Positions 20,880-30,085 of a stretch of DNA of 64,000 nucleotides are shown piece after piece (the stretch's first letter is position 1; every line of letters starts with the position of its first letter). The position numbers and the translations under genes are program-made. Where the stretch lies: NCBI GenBank assembly GCA_963791065.1, contig CAWBQN010000001.1, positions 3,756-67,755 of the forward strand, read 5' to 3'. The notes beneath the pieces were generated by a model. The model saw only the letters and a program-made list of their open reading frames with translations, was not told the origin of the DNA and searched no databases. Source of the DNA: an uncultured Bacteroidales bacterium. GTDB taxonomy: Bacteria; Bacteroidota; Bacteroidia; Bacteroidales; VadinHA17.

Positions 20880-23800
20880 CTAGAATGTAATTTTTAAATT
20901 CACACCAAATCTTCTTGAAGTAGGCGCACACGAAAGATCGATACCCTGTACATTACTTGAACCATAATTATTAATCTCAGGATCGAAATTCGTATGAGTA
21001 GGAACATTGGGAGCAAAATACCATAAATTACGGCCTGTTACACTAATGTTGATTCTGCCAATTTTTGCTTTTTGTATCCATTTTTTTGGAAGATCATATC
21101 CAATAGAGACTTCTCTTAAACGATAAACAGTAGCATCATATATGTTAAATTCAGCGGCTGAATTTATAGCAAAAGTAGTTTCAGTACCTCCACCATAAAA
21201 ATATAAATCATTTGTAGTAATCCCTGTACGGTTTGCAATTGGATTCCCATTACCATCCAGCAGAAGGTCTCCCTGGGCATTTCCATAAACACCTGGAATT
21301 ATCCAGCTATGTTCCCTGTCTTCGGTATCTTTGGTAACGCCCCTGCCTAATAAAGAAGCAATAGTCACACTGTAGACGTCCCCACCTTGTCTCCAATCCC
21401 ATAAAGCACTCAGAGTAAACCCTTTATATGAGATAGTATTTGTTATACCCATAATGAAATCGGGATTTGGATCACCGATAATTTTCTCATCCGGCAGCTA
21501 AATAAGGGAATCCGGTAACCGGATCAATAATCATATTGACCGTTATGCATCTCTTAAAGCATAGCTACCTCTGAAAGATCCATAGCCATAACCGGGTTCA
21601 ATAACCGGAGTAACACCAGATTCCCAAATCAGCCAGGTTAAGCCTTTCAACTCCCTGATATTAAGGATACTACTTCACTTTTATTTTTTGTAAAAGAGGT
21701 GTAAATTTCCCATTTTAAGCCACTGGGTAATTGGAGAGGAACCAGGTTTAAACCAATTTCAATACCTTTGTTTCTCATTGATCCAAAATTCAGATACCTG
21801 ATAATAATAACCCACTTGCACTTGGTACTGGAACAGGAGCAATCATATCATTTGAAAGTTTATTATACCAGGTAAAATCTAACCCAATGCGTCCATTAAA
21901 AACTGAAGTTCAGTACCTAATTCAGTTTCAGCGGATCTTTCAGGTTTCAAGACTCGGGTTATTCCTGGGTATTGGGAGTAGTAAGTGTAAATTTCCCACC
22001 AAAAGGATCGCCAAGATAAAATACGTTTGTCAAGGAATAAGGATCTGCATCATTTCCTACCTGTGCATAGCTGGCACGGATTTTACCTAAACTTAATATA
22101 TCACTCTTTATCCCCAGAGCATCAGTAAAAATGAAAGAAGTACTGACTGCAGGATAGAAATAACTTCTGTTTGATACCGGAAGAGTTGATGACCAGTCAT
22201 TACGTCCAACAAGGTTCAGGATATAACCAGTTCTTATAAGAAAGGGAAATATCAGCAAAAACAGCATATAACCGTCTTTGTGTGAAATACCACCGAGCTA
22301 ATGGTACCAGATCTCTTGTATTGGTGATATTATAAATTCCGGGAACCATGATTACCTTGCCATCGTAAGCCTGTCTTTTTGTTGTCCGCTGGTTCACATT
22401 ATGACCCAAAATAGCTTTTATACTGAAATCCTCACCTAACTGATGAGCAAGAGTTAACAATAAACTTGATTCAATTTCGCGCTTATTATAGTTATCTTCC
22501 TTGATTTCACCTGTCGTTGCAGCAGCTCTTGAACCAATATCAGTAACTTCCCTGCGGTTCAGCTGAATATTATTCATCCCTAAAGAATAAGAAAGGTTCA
22601 ACCAGCTGTTAAAGTTATAATCCATATTAATTCCGGCCACTGTTCTGTCGGTATTGGTTGTTATAGTATTATGTCTGTAAGACCATAATGGATTATCAAA
22701 CTGGTTGCCAAGAGCAGAAACGGGCCATCCATTTACCGGGATTTTCAAAAGGCAATTTCATATCCCAGTCTCTCCCTAAGAAAAGAGAACGGGCGAATGA
22801 AGAAGCAGCACCGGTAAACTGGTTTTCACCGAAGAACCCACCCACCTGCTTTGTACTGGAAAATGAAAGATTTCCACCAACATTAAGGCCATTATTAAGT
22901 TTACTTCTGCCCCCTACACTTACACTGTATCTGTCAAAGTTAGATTCGGGAATATAACCATCCTGGTTTAAAGCTGAAGCAGTTGAACTGAACGAATTTT
23001 TTGCATCGCCTCCTGAAATGGAAAGAGAGTTTTCATATATAGTACCTGTCTTGAATAAATCCTTGACGTTATTAGGTTGTGCCTGGTATTTCATATTACC
23101 CGATGAAGGAAATAATTTTGGAAATGCATTCAGGTAATCGGGCCATACAGGAATTGAATCCTGTGAATCAAAACGTGATCCCCATGAACCATTCGAGTTT
23201 GCATAGGTGAAATTGGATCCATTGCCGTATGTGTTCTGATAATCGGGCAAATTGGCAATAGTCTCTTTTGCTATTGATGTATTAACAGTAACTTCAAGAC
23301 CTCTTGTTCCTTCTCCGCCTTTTCCTGATTTTGTAGTAATAAGAAGTACCCCATTGGAGGCTCTTGATCCATACAAAGCAGCAGCAGCGGAACCTTTCAG
23401 TACTGTAAGGGTTTCAATGTTATTCGGATCTAATGTACTTAAGCCGCTGGAATAAGCACCCCCTGTACCGGTTGTTTGACTTGAGGTTGCAACCTGGTCA
23501 TTGCTGTAAGGTACACCATCAACAACAATCAGAGGTTGGTTATTACCAAAAAATGAGGAACTACCGCGGATAGTGATATTTGAAGCAGCTCCCGGAGCTC
23601 CCTGTCCAACACGGATATCAACACCAGGAACTTTCCCCTGCAATGCTTTCAGCATATCTGGTTCAGATTTTTCCTGTGTCTTATCGGCACTGACTGTGAC
23701 TACAGAATAGCCCACAGATTTTGCGGAACGCTGAATACCAACAGCTGTAACAACAACTTCATCCAAACCAAGAAGATCGGGTTCCATAGCAACATCAATT

Positions 23801-24076
23801 ACTTTTCGGCCCCGGATTTCAACTTCCTGTCTTTTCATCCCAATATAGGAGAAAATAAGGGTTGTAGCACTCTGTGGAGCCTCAAGTGAAAATTTTCCAT
23901 TCACATCTGTAATGCGCACCGAGAGTTGTGCCTTTAACAGTTATAGTTACCCCGGGAATTGCACCCTCCCCCTGAACAGAAGAGGTAACCGTACCTGTAA
24001 TGATTATTGTCTGCGCCATCAAAGTGAAACCACTTACAAACACAAACGAGACAATCAGCAGAATAAGTTTCTTCAT
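20880..24076 (-). pseudogene. SusC/RagA-family TonB-dependent transporter gene split by many frameshifts
   Basis: Fragments 23882..24076, 22696..23919, 22200..22748, 21959..22267 and 20880..21452 are collinear with the intact SusC paralog. Manual translation of 21453-21958 gives further in-order pieces (LKPERSAETELGTELQF, RIGLDFTWYNKLSNDMIAP, NFGSMRNKGIEIGLNLVP) in shifting frames. Confidence 0.85.
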
Positions 24077-24121
24077 ACGAGTTAAGATTTAGGTTTAGTA
24101 AATCAAATAGGTTTAGGATAT

Positions 24122-24129
24122 CAAATATA
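24122..24129 (-). promoter_or_regulatory. candidate TAnnTTTG -7 box for the decayed susC-like gene
   Basis: The minus strand reads TATATTTG about 45 nt upstream of the ATG at 24076. Confidence 0.4.
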
Positions 24130-24444
24130 TATAATTTAGCATACAATAACAAATTTTTAATTTGTAATTGAAAGTAAAATGTCATTTTAATGAAATAGTT
24201 TACAAGCAAAATTGCTCTAATAAATCGATTCTGACATTTTATTATGAATAATGTTATAATTGATTTTTTGTTTCCTGGTGCGATTATGAGACATAACGAA
24301 TTTTTTAAAATCGCATCAATTGGAATTATTTAACCGGTTGGTTCAGAGACATGCTTTTGCTTAAGATTTCATACACAATACTTCTGGGTTCTTCTGAAAA
24401 GTATTTTATTTGAATTATTTATCAAACTACTTAAACTATGTAAT

Positions 24445-25029
24445 TTACTTCTTTAATTTATTGCTTTTTCTTAATTCAGCTGCCGCTATGCATAAATCTT
24501 TATACATTTTTTCTCCAATGGCCCGTATTAATGGCTCTTTCAGAAATTCATAAACATATATACTGCCGCGGTTACCTTCTATGCGTGCCGATGAACAAAT
24601 CGAAAGCTCTTCATAATTAACGGCCCTGAAGTCTGAATAATTTTTAATCCTCACTGGAAAAAGGTGGCACGACAGAGGCTTTCTGAAGGAGATTTTGCCT
24701 TCCGCCCAGGCTTGCTCTATCCCGCACAGGTAGATATCATCCTTCTTATTCGTATAGGCACACTCCTCATTACCGATCAGTGGAGTCACCTGATCGTTCT
24801 CAAAATCAGTTACGCTCGTGCCTTTCTCTTCAATTGCAGAAATACCTTCAGGCCTGAGATATGGTTTTACTTTTTCCAGAATATCATCAAGAATCTGTGC
24901 CTCATCAGCGCTCAACGGAGCACCCGAGTCACCATAGCGGCAGCAATTTCCAAAGCACTTTGGCAGATTGCACCTGAATTTTTTTTCGAGGATATCGAAA
25001 CTGAATATGGTATCGTTGATTCGTAACAT
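24445..25029 (-). CDS. Cys-rich DUF3109-like protein
   Basis: 194 aa. The cysteine pattern (CNLPKCFGNCCRYGDSGAPL.., ..ECAYT.., CGIE, SCHLFPVR) is what I recall for the Bacteroidota DUF3109 family. Confidence 0.65.
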   Translation of the reverse strand: MLRINDTIFSFDILEKKFRCNLPKCFGNCCRYGDSGAPLSADEAQILDDILEKVKPYLRPEGISAIEEKGTSVTDFENDQVTPLIGNEECAYTNKKDDIYLCGIEQAWAEGKISFRKPLSCHLFPVRIKNYSDFRAVNYEELSICSSARIEGNRGSIYVYEFLKEPLIRAIGEKMYKDLCIAAAELRKSNKLKK

Positions 25030-25042
25030 ATAAATTTATTTG

Positions 25043-25143
25043 CCTCTCCCTAAATCCCTCCCCCAGGGGGGAGGGACTTAAGTGATTGATTAATTGTTTA
25101 CTACTCCCCTTCTCCCTTGGGAGAAGTGGTTGGAGGATTAGGT
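25043..25143. repeat. family B C-run/G-run mini-hairpin element, copy 2
   Basis: CCTCTCCCTAAATCCCTCCCCCAGGGGGGAGGGA, then a spacer, then CTCCCCTTCTCCCTTGGGAGAAGTGGTTGGAGGATTAGG. It fills the whole gap between two genes. Confidence 0.7.
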
Positions 25144-25146
25144 AAA

Positions 25147-26667
25147 TTATACAAGCACTTTCCCTGTCATATCCTTTGGTATCGGAATACCCATTATAGT
25201 GAGAAGGGTAGGTGCAACATCAGCAAGGATACCTTCGTTGATCTTTTTATAATCATCAGTTATAAGAATGATAGGAACAGGGTTCAATGAATGTGCGGTA
25301 TTTGGCGATCCGTCTTCATTAAGAGCCTTGTCGGCATTGCCATGATCTGCAATTACAAGGATATCATATCCAGCAGTCCGTGCAGCTTTTATCACCGCTC
25401 CGGCACACTCGTCAACAGTTGCGATAGCTTTCTTAATGGCGTCATAAATCCCGGTATGACCAACCATATCGCCATTGGCAAAGTTCAGGCATATGAAATC
25501 GAACTTTTTTGTCTCGACAGCCTTAATCACTGCCTCAGTAACAGCATATGCGCTCATCTCGGGCTGGAGGTCGTAGGTAGCAACTTTCGGAGAAGGAATC
25601 ATGATCCTCTCCTCGTTTTTGAACCTTTCTTCTCTTCCGCCTGAGAAGAAGAAAGTAACATGAGCATATTTTTCAGTCTCGGCAATTCTCAGCTGGTGTT
25701 TCCCTGCAGCTGCAAGCACTTCTCCTATTGTATTTTCAGCATTGTCCTTTGGATATAGAATATTCAATCCGGTAAATGTTGCATCATATGGCGTCATTGT
25801 GCAATAGTACAAAGGTATGGTCTTCATCCCGCACTCCGCCATATCTTTCTGAGTCAGTACAATCGTGAGCTCTTTTGCCCTGTCATTTCTGAAATTGAAA
25901 AAAACAACTACATCACCTTCTTTTATCGTCCCTACCGGCTTGCCGTGATCATCCGTAACCACCACCGGTTTCATGAATTCATCGGTAACCCCTTCATTAT
26001 ATGATTCCTGCATCCCATCAATAATATTGGCTGTCGGTGCTCCTTTACCGCTGACAATAAGATCATACGCTTCTTTAATCCGTTCCCATCTCTTATCGCG
26101 ATCCATGGCATAGAACCTGCCGATGAATGAGGCAACCTTTCCATTGGATTTTTTCAAATGCTCCAGCAGATTCTTCATATAGACGATTCCACTTCGCGGA
26201 TCGGTGTCGCGACCATCGCCAAATCCATGGATGAACACATTTTTCAATCCATAATCCTTTGTCATATCGCAAAGATGGTAGAGGTGCTTGTCAAGGGAAT
26301 GAACGCCGCCATCGGAAAGCAATCCCATAAAATGTACCTGCTTGTTTTTATCGCGCGCATAAGAGAAAGCATCAACCAGAACCTTATTTTTCTTAATTTC
26401 GCCAGTCTTGCATTCCTTGTTTATCTTAACCAGATCCTGATAAATGATTCGGCCAGCGCCGATATTCAGATGCCCCACTTCAGAATTTCCCATTTGTCCT
26501 TCAGGCAATCCGACATCTTCACCCGAGGCATGAAGCCTGGAATTCGGAAATTTTTTTTTATAATATGTCAGTTTAGGTGTGGGCACCTGGCTGATGACAT
26601 CGGCTTTGGATCCATCGCCTATTCCCCAGCCATCAAGTATCATCAGAAAAGTCTTTCTATTCTTCAT
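25147..26667 (-). CDS. gpmI: 2,3-bisphosphoglycerate-independent phosphoglycerate mutase
   Basis: 506 aa with [21 protein letters not shown] and ADHGNAD motifs. Confidence 0.95.
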   Translation of the reverse strand: MKNRKTFLMILDGWGIGDGSKADVISQVPTPKLTYYKKKFPNSRLHASGEDVGLPEGQMGNSEVGHLNIGAGRIIYQDLVKINKECKTGEIKKNKVLVDAFSYARDKNKQVHFMGLLSDGGVHSLDKHLYHLCDMTKDYGLKNVFIHGFGDGRDTDPRSGIVYMKNLLEHLKKSNGKVASFIGRFYAMDRDKRWERIKEAYDLIVSGKGAPTANIIDGMQESYNEGVTDEFMKPVVVTDDHGKPVGTIKEGDVVVFFNFRNDRAKELTIVLTQKDMAECGMKTIPLYYCTMTPYDATFTGLNILYPKDNAENTIGEVLAAAGKHQLRIAETEKYAHVTFFFSGGREERFKNEERIMIPSPKVATYDLQPEMSAYAVTEAVIKAVETKKFDFICLNFANGDMVGHTGIYDAIKKAIATVDECAGAVIKAARTAGYDILVIADHGNADKALNEDGSPNTAHSLNPVPIILITDDYKKINEGILADVAPTLLTIMGIPIPKDMTGKVLV

Positions 26668-26831
26668 ATATGAATTCTAAATAATGACTAAACAAAAATA
26701 AAGTACCCATGTTCCGGGTACAAAATCGGGGACAAATTTAGACAAAATTGCCAAATCAGGACAAAGATTGATTAAAAAGACCAATTAACAGGAATGTAGT
26801 CTGGAATATCCGAACTCTGGTCTCCCAACCG

Positions 26832-29800
26832 CTATTTATTACTTGATGTAATTGGTTCCGCTTTAATATTAAAACTCTTTTCCGGACATGCCTTTTCTTG
26901 GGGGATATCCTTACCAACATAATTATTCCACTCTTCCCGGGTCAGATTCCTGGAAACCAATTTGCAGATCCCCTGAACCAGGTAGTCCGCATGCGTGGGT
27001 CTGCCAAGTATGTCATTGCTCCCACCGGATTCTCCCGATATGATCATCTGGCCATCGGGACTGAATTGCATTACAATGACGATCCCTTCATAACCGGCCA
27101 TAGTGATGGGTGGTTCTGTCATATTAACCGGATCTTTTATATTGAATATCTTAATTTTCTTATCATTCCCCGAGATTGCCATCTGCTTTAATGTTGTATT
27201 AAACCGGATATCTTTAATTTCTGAACCGTCAGCATTGACTTCAGATATTTTTTTGTGAAGACTGATATCCCATAATTCGACTTTACCATTTGAATCACCC
27301 AAAGCCAGAAGGTTGTTTTCAGGATTGAATCTTACAACTCTGATGTTTTTACCGCTTGTCTCAATTCTGAAATTATCAGACGAATGGTCGGGATCCCAGA
27401 CAACAACATTGCCATCAGTGCTTATACCGGCAAGATAATTCCCTTTCGAGGAGAGGTCAATGGATGATATTTCCATTGACCCTGTCGCAACATTGATGCT
27501 CGTCCGGGCAGCGATATCCCACCTAAGCACTTTCCCGTCGAGTGCAGCTGAATAGAGAAATTTTCCGTCATATGAAAAGATGAGCGATTTGACGCCTCCC
27601 TTATGACCGGTCATTTCATATGCTGAATTATCACCTTTTAAAGGGATCATTCTGATAGTTGAGTTTGAACTTCCACAAGCAAGCCAGGAGGCATCGGGAC
27701 TGACTGCCAGAACCTCAATAATATCATTTCCTGAATAAATAACCTGAAAAGTCTGATCTTTTTTCTCAAGTGACCATTTAAGTACCTGTCCATCGTTTCC
27801 GGAAGTAAAAAATTCGTTTCTTCCGGGAACAAATGCAATACTTTTAATATCACCGTTATGTCCTTTAAAAGACTTAAAGGTTAGAGAACCATATTGTAAA
27901 GCAACATTGTACAGCCCAGCATAAATATCGGCATCATTATCCAATCCATTGTTATTTTTATTAAACAGGTATGCCTGATAGGCCAGGAGTGTCTGAAGAT
28001 CCTTCTGGCCCGCCATCTGCAAAGATCTGAGTGACATAGACTTCCCAATAGAAAGTAATCTCAGCCGCCTGTCTCCTTTGCTTTTTTCTTCGGCAAGGTC
28101 TTTTGACAGAAGTGCTTCATGGATATTTTTTTTTGCAATGGATTTTTCGTGGTCCGCTTCAATTTTCTGTTTTATTGCTGTCGCAGCAGCCTTTATCGCA
28201 TTTGCAGCTGTCGAATCTGAAACTGTCTTTTGCAGCATCGCTAGCTGTGATGTTGAATCAGCCCTGGCTTTCTCCTTAACTGCCTGATTTTTTTGACTTT
28301 CAGCAATAATGATTTTCTTTTCTGCAGATGACCTCTTAAAATGTTCCAACAGTACGAAGGCTAAAACTACAATAATTGCCATTCCGAGAAATCTGGTAAT
28401 CAACCTGGTCCTTTTCTGTTTCCTTTTCTCAAAGATGATTTTATTTTGTTCTTCTATATTATATGCTTTTTCGCTTGTACGAAGGTATACCATTGCCCTT
28501 TCGAATGCAGGATTGTATTGAACAGCCCAGGAGACCGTTGGTTTGTCTTTATCGCGCCATGCAAGTGCGTTCAACAGATCGGGGGGTCTGTACAGGCCAG
28601 TCTTTCCCTGCTGATAGAGCGCAGACGCTTCAGAAAGCCGCAAATATATCTGCATTGAAGAAGCTTCACTGTCTATCCATTCTTTCAGCCGGTCCCACAA
28701 AAAGATCAGACATTCGCTCTGAAGATCGATTATAGTCCTGTTATTCAGAACTTCGTCCTCTCCCGGGGTAATAAATGATCCTGGCCTTGCCCTGAACTTT
28801 TCAACCACATGTGTTAATTCATCTTCAGTGCATCCGGCAACCGATCTGATTGTTTCAATATCAGAAGGATGCCGTAAACCCTTATTGTCCAAACCTTTCC
28901 GGGTGATGGTTTTAAACATTATAGCACAGATCTCTTTTCCTCTCTGGTTTAATCCCTCATAAACCTCATTGGAATGGTATGTAACTGCATTCCTTATTGT
29001 ACCAGCTGCGTTGTAGTCCGTGCTGCTGACCACTTTCTCTTTGTCGTCAAGTTTATGCCAGTGTTCCCATGTCCTCATCATAGCATGCTGCAGTACCGGC
29101 AGCTTGCCTGACATGCCATTCAGGTCACTTATAATAGTCATTACGAGTTCAGGGTCAATTTTTGCCTTTGAAAAATTTACCGGACCCTCAATTACCTCCT
29201 TTAAACTTTCCGAACCCATTTCAGAAACCAGATAATTGCTGTTATTAATCAGCTTTGTCAGTCCCTTGTAATGCGAGCATTCTCCCAGGTATTCAGAACG
29301 CAGCGTAATAATTATGAAAACATTTTGTGCAGGGTTGATGATTGAGTTTATAATGAATTCAACAAATCTTTTTGCATTTGTACGGGAGCTATCAGAATCC
29401 CCGGGTAAAATATATCTGAAAAGTTCATCAAACTGATCGACTACCAGAAGAATATTGTCATCATGATTCGCCGTAATTTTCCTGGCAACATCAGAGAAAC
29501 CATCCGTACTGTCCGAAAGTAAATGTAAAATAATCTCTCTATCAGTGCTTTTATCGGCTGATTCTGATATTACTTTTGAGAAAGCTCCGGCCATGTTTCC
29601 GAAAGGGTCACTATCAGGATTGAATGAGAGGATCTTCCATGTTGAAGATTTGCCGTGTTTTAGATCCCTGATTTTCGGAAGTACTCCTGCATATATCAGG
29701 GATGATTTGCCGATTCCCGAGGTACCGATAACTGTGATATACCTGTTTTTCAGCAATTTTGTAATGATCTCATTACTTTCATTCTCTCTCCCGAAGAAGA

Positions 29801-29876
29801 GATTGCTGTCTTCGGGAGTAAAGGGCCTCAACCCCGGAAAAGGATTGAAATCTTTGATGTCTCTATTTGGTACCAT
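26832..29876 (-). CDS. STAND P-loop NTPase (nSTAND1-like) - TM helix - coiled coil - WD40 propeller protein
   Basis: 1014 aa. It has NPFPGLRPFTPEDSNLFFGRE, Walker A GTSGIGKSS, Walker B-like LLVVDQFDELF, and TLRSEYLGEC. One TM helix spans aa 492-512. Seven WD40 blades run from FKGHNGDIKSIAF to the tail NLTREEWNNYVG. Confidence 0.85.
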   Translation of the reverse strand: MVPNRDIKDFNPFPGLRPFTPEDSNLFFGRENESNEIITKLLKNRYITVIGTSGIGKSSLIYAGVLPKIRDLKHGKSSTWKILSFNPDSDPFGNMAGAFSKVISESADKSTDREIILHLLSDSTDGFSDVARKITANHDDNILLVVDQFDELFRYILPGDSDSSRTNAKRFVEFIINSIINPAQNVFIIITLRSEYLGECSHYKGLTKLINNSNYLVSEMGSESLKEVIEGPVNFSKAKIDPELVMTIISDLNGMSGKLPVLQHAMMRTWEHWHKLDDKEKVVSSTDYNAAGTIRNAVTYHSNEVYEGLNQRGKEICAIMFKTITRKGLDNKGLRHPSDIETIRSVAGCTEDELTHVVEKFRARPGSFITPGEDEVLNNRTIIDLQSECLIFLWDRLKEWIDSEASSMQIYLRLSEASALYQQGKTGLYRPPDLLNALAWRDKDKPTVSWAVQYNPAFERAMVYLRTSEKAYNIEEQNKIIFEKRKQKRTRLITRFLGMAIIVVLAFVLLEHFKRSSAEKKIIIAESQKNQAVKEKARADSTSQLAMLQKTVSDSTAANAIKAAATAIKQKIEADHEKSIAKKNIHEALLSKDLAEEKSKGDRRLRLLSIGKSMSLRSLQMAGQKDLQTLLAYQAYLFNKNNNGLDNDADIYAGLYNVALQYGSLTFKSFKGHNGDIKSIAFVPGRNEFFTSGNDGQVLKWSLEKKDQTFQVIYSGNDIIEVLAVSPDASWLACGSSNSTIRMIPLKGDNSAYEMTGHKGGVKSLIFSYDGKFLYSAALDGKVLRWDIAARTSINVATGSMEISSIDLSSKGNYLAGISTDGNVVVWDPDHSSDNFRIETSGKNIRVVRFNPENNLLALGDSNGKVELWDISLHKKISEVNADGSEIKDIRFNTTLKQMAISGNDKKIKIFNIKDPVNMTEPPITMAGYEGIVIVMQFSPDGQMIISGESGGSNDILGRPTHADYLVQGICKLVSRNLTREEWNNYVGKDIPQEKACPEKSFNIKAEPITSSNK

Positions 29877-30085
29877 AATCTTAACTGGAAATATGACGAG
29901 CGTCGCTTATTGTTCACTTGACTCGATAAATTTTAATATCTCATACGAATTATCGGGGTACTGAAAATGATATTCTTCAACTGCATCTAATGGCAAAAAG
30001 TAATAAGAAAGAGGGTGACTCAAATGTCCTTGCAAGCCCATCGATAACCCCATCATATGCTATATGTACTTCATTCCTCTGCCCG

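Noticed and set aside
22688-22957. Plus-strand ORFs within the decayed PUL (22688..22957, 21887..22090, 23252..23455)
   Set aside because: They are opposite-strand shadows of SusC-like coding sequence. The minus-strand fragments align in order with the intact paralog.
26158-26673. Long antisense ORFs inside well-supported genes (26158..26673, 53181..53699, 58156..58608, 8697..9197, 48029..48334, 36159..36530, 11747..12109, 39587..39937, 40073..40426)
   Set aside because: Each lies opposite a gene with strong family motifs. Their composition is low-complexity or unprotein-like, and they cross gene boundaries or lack plausible starts.
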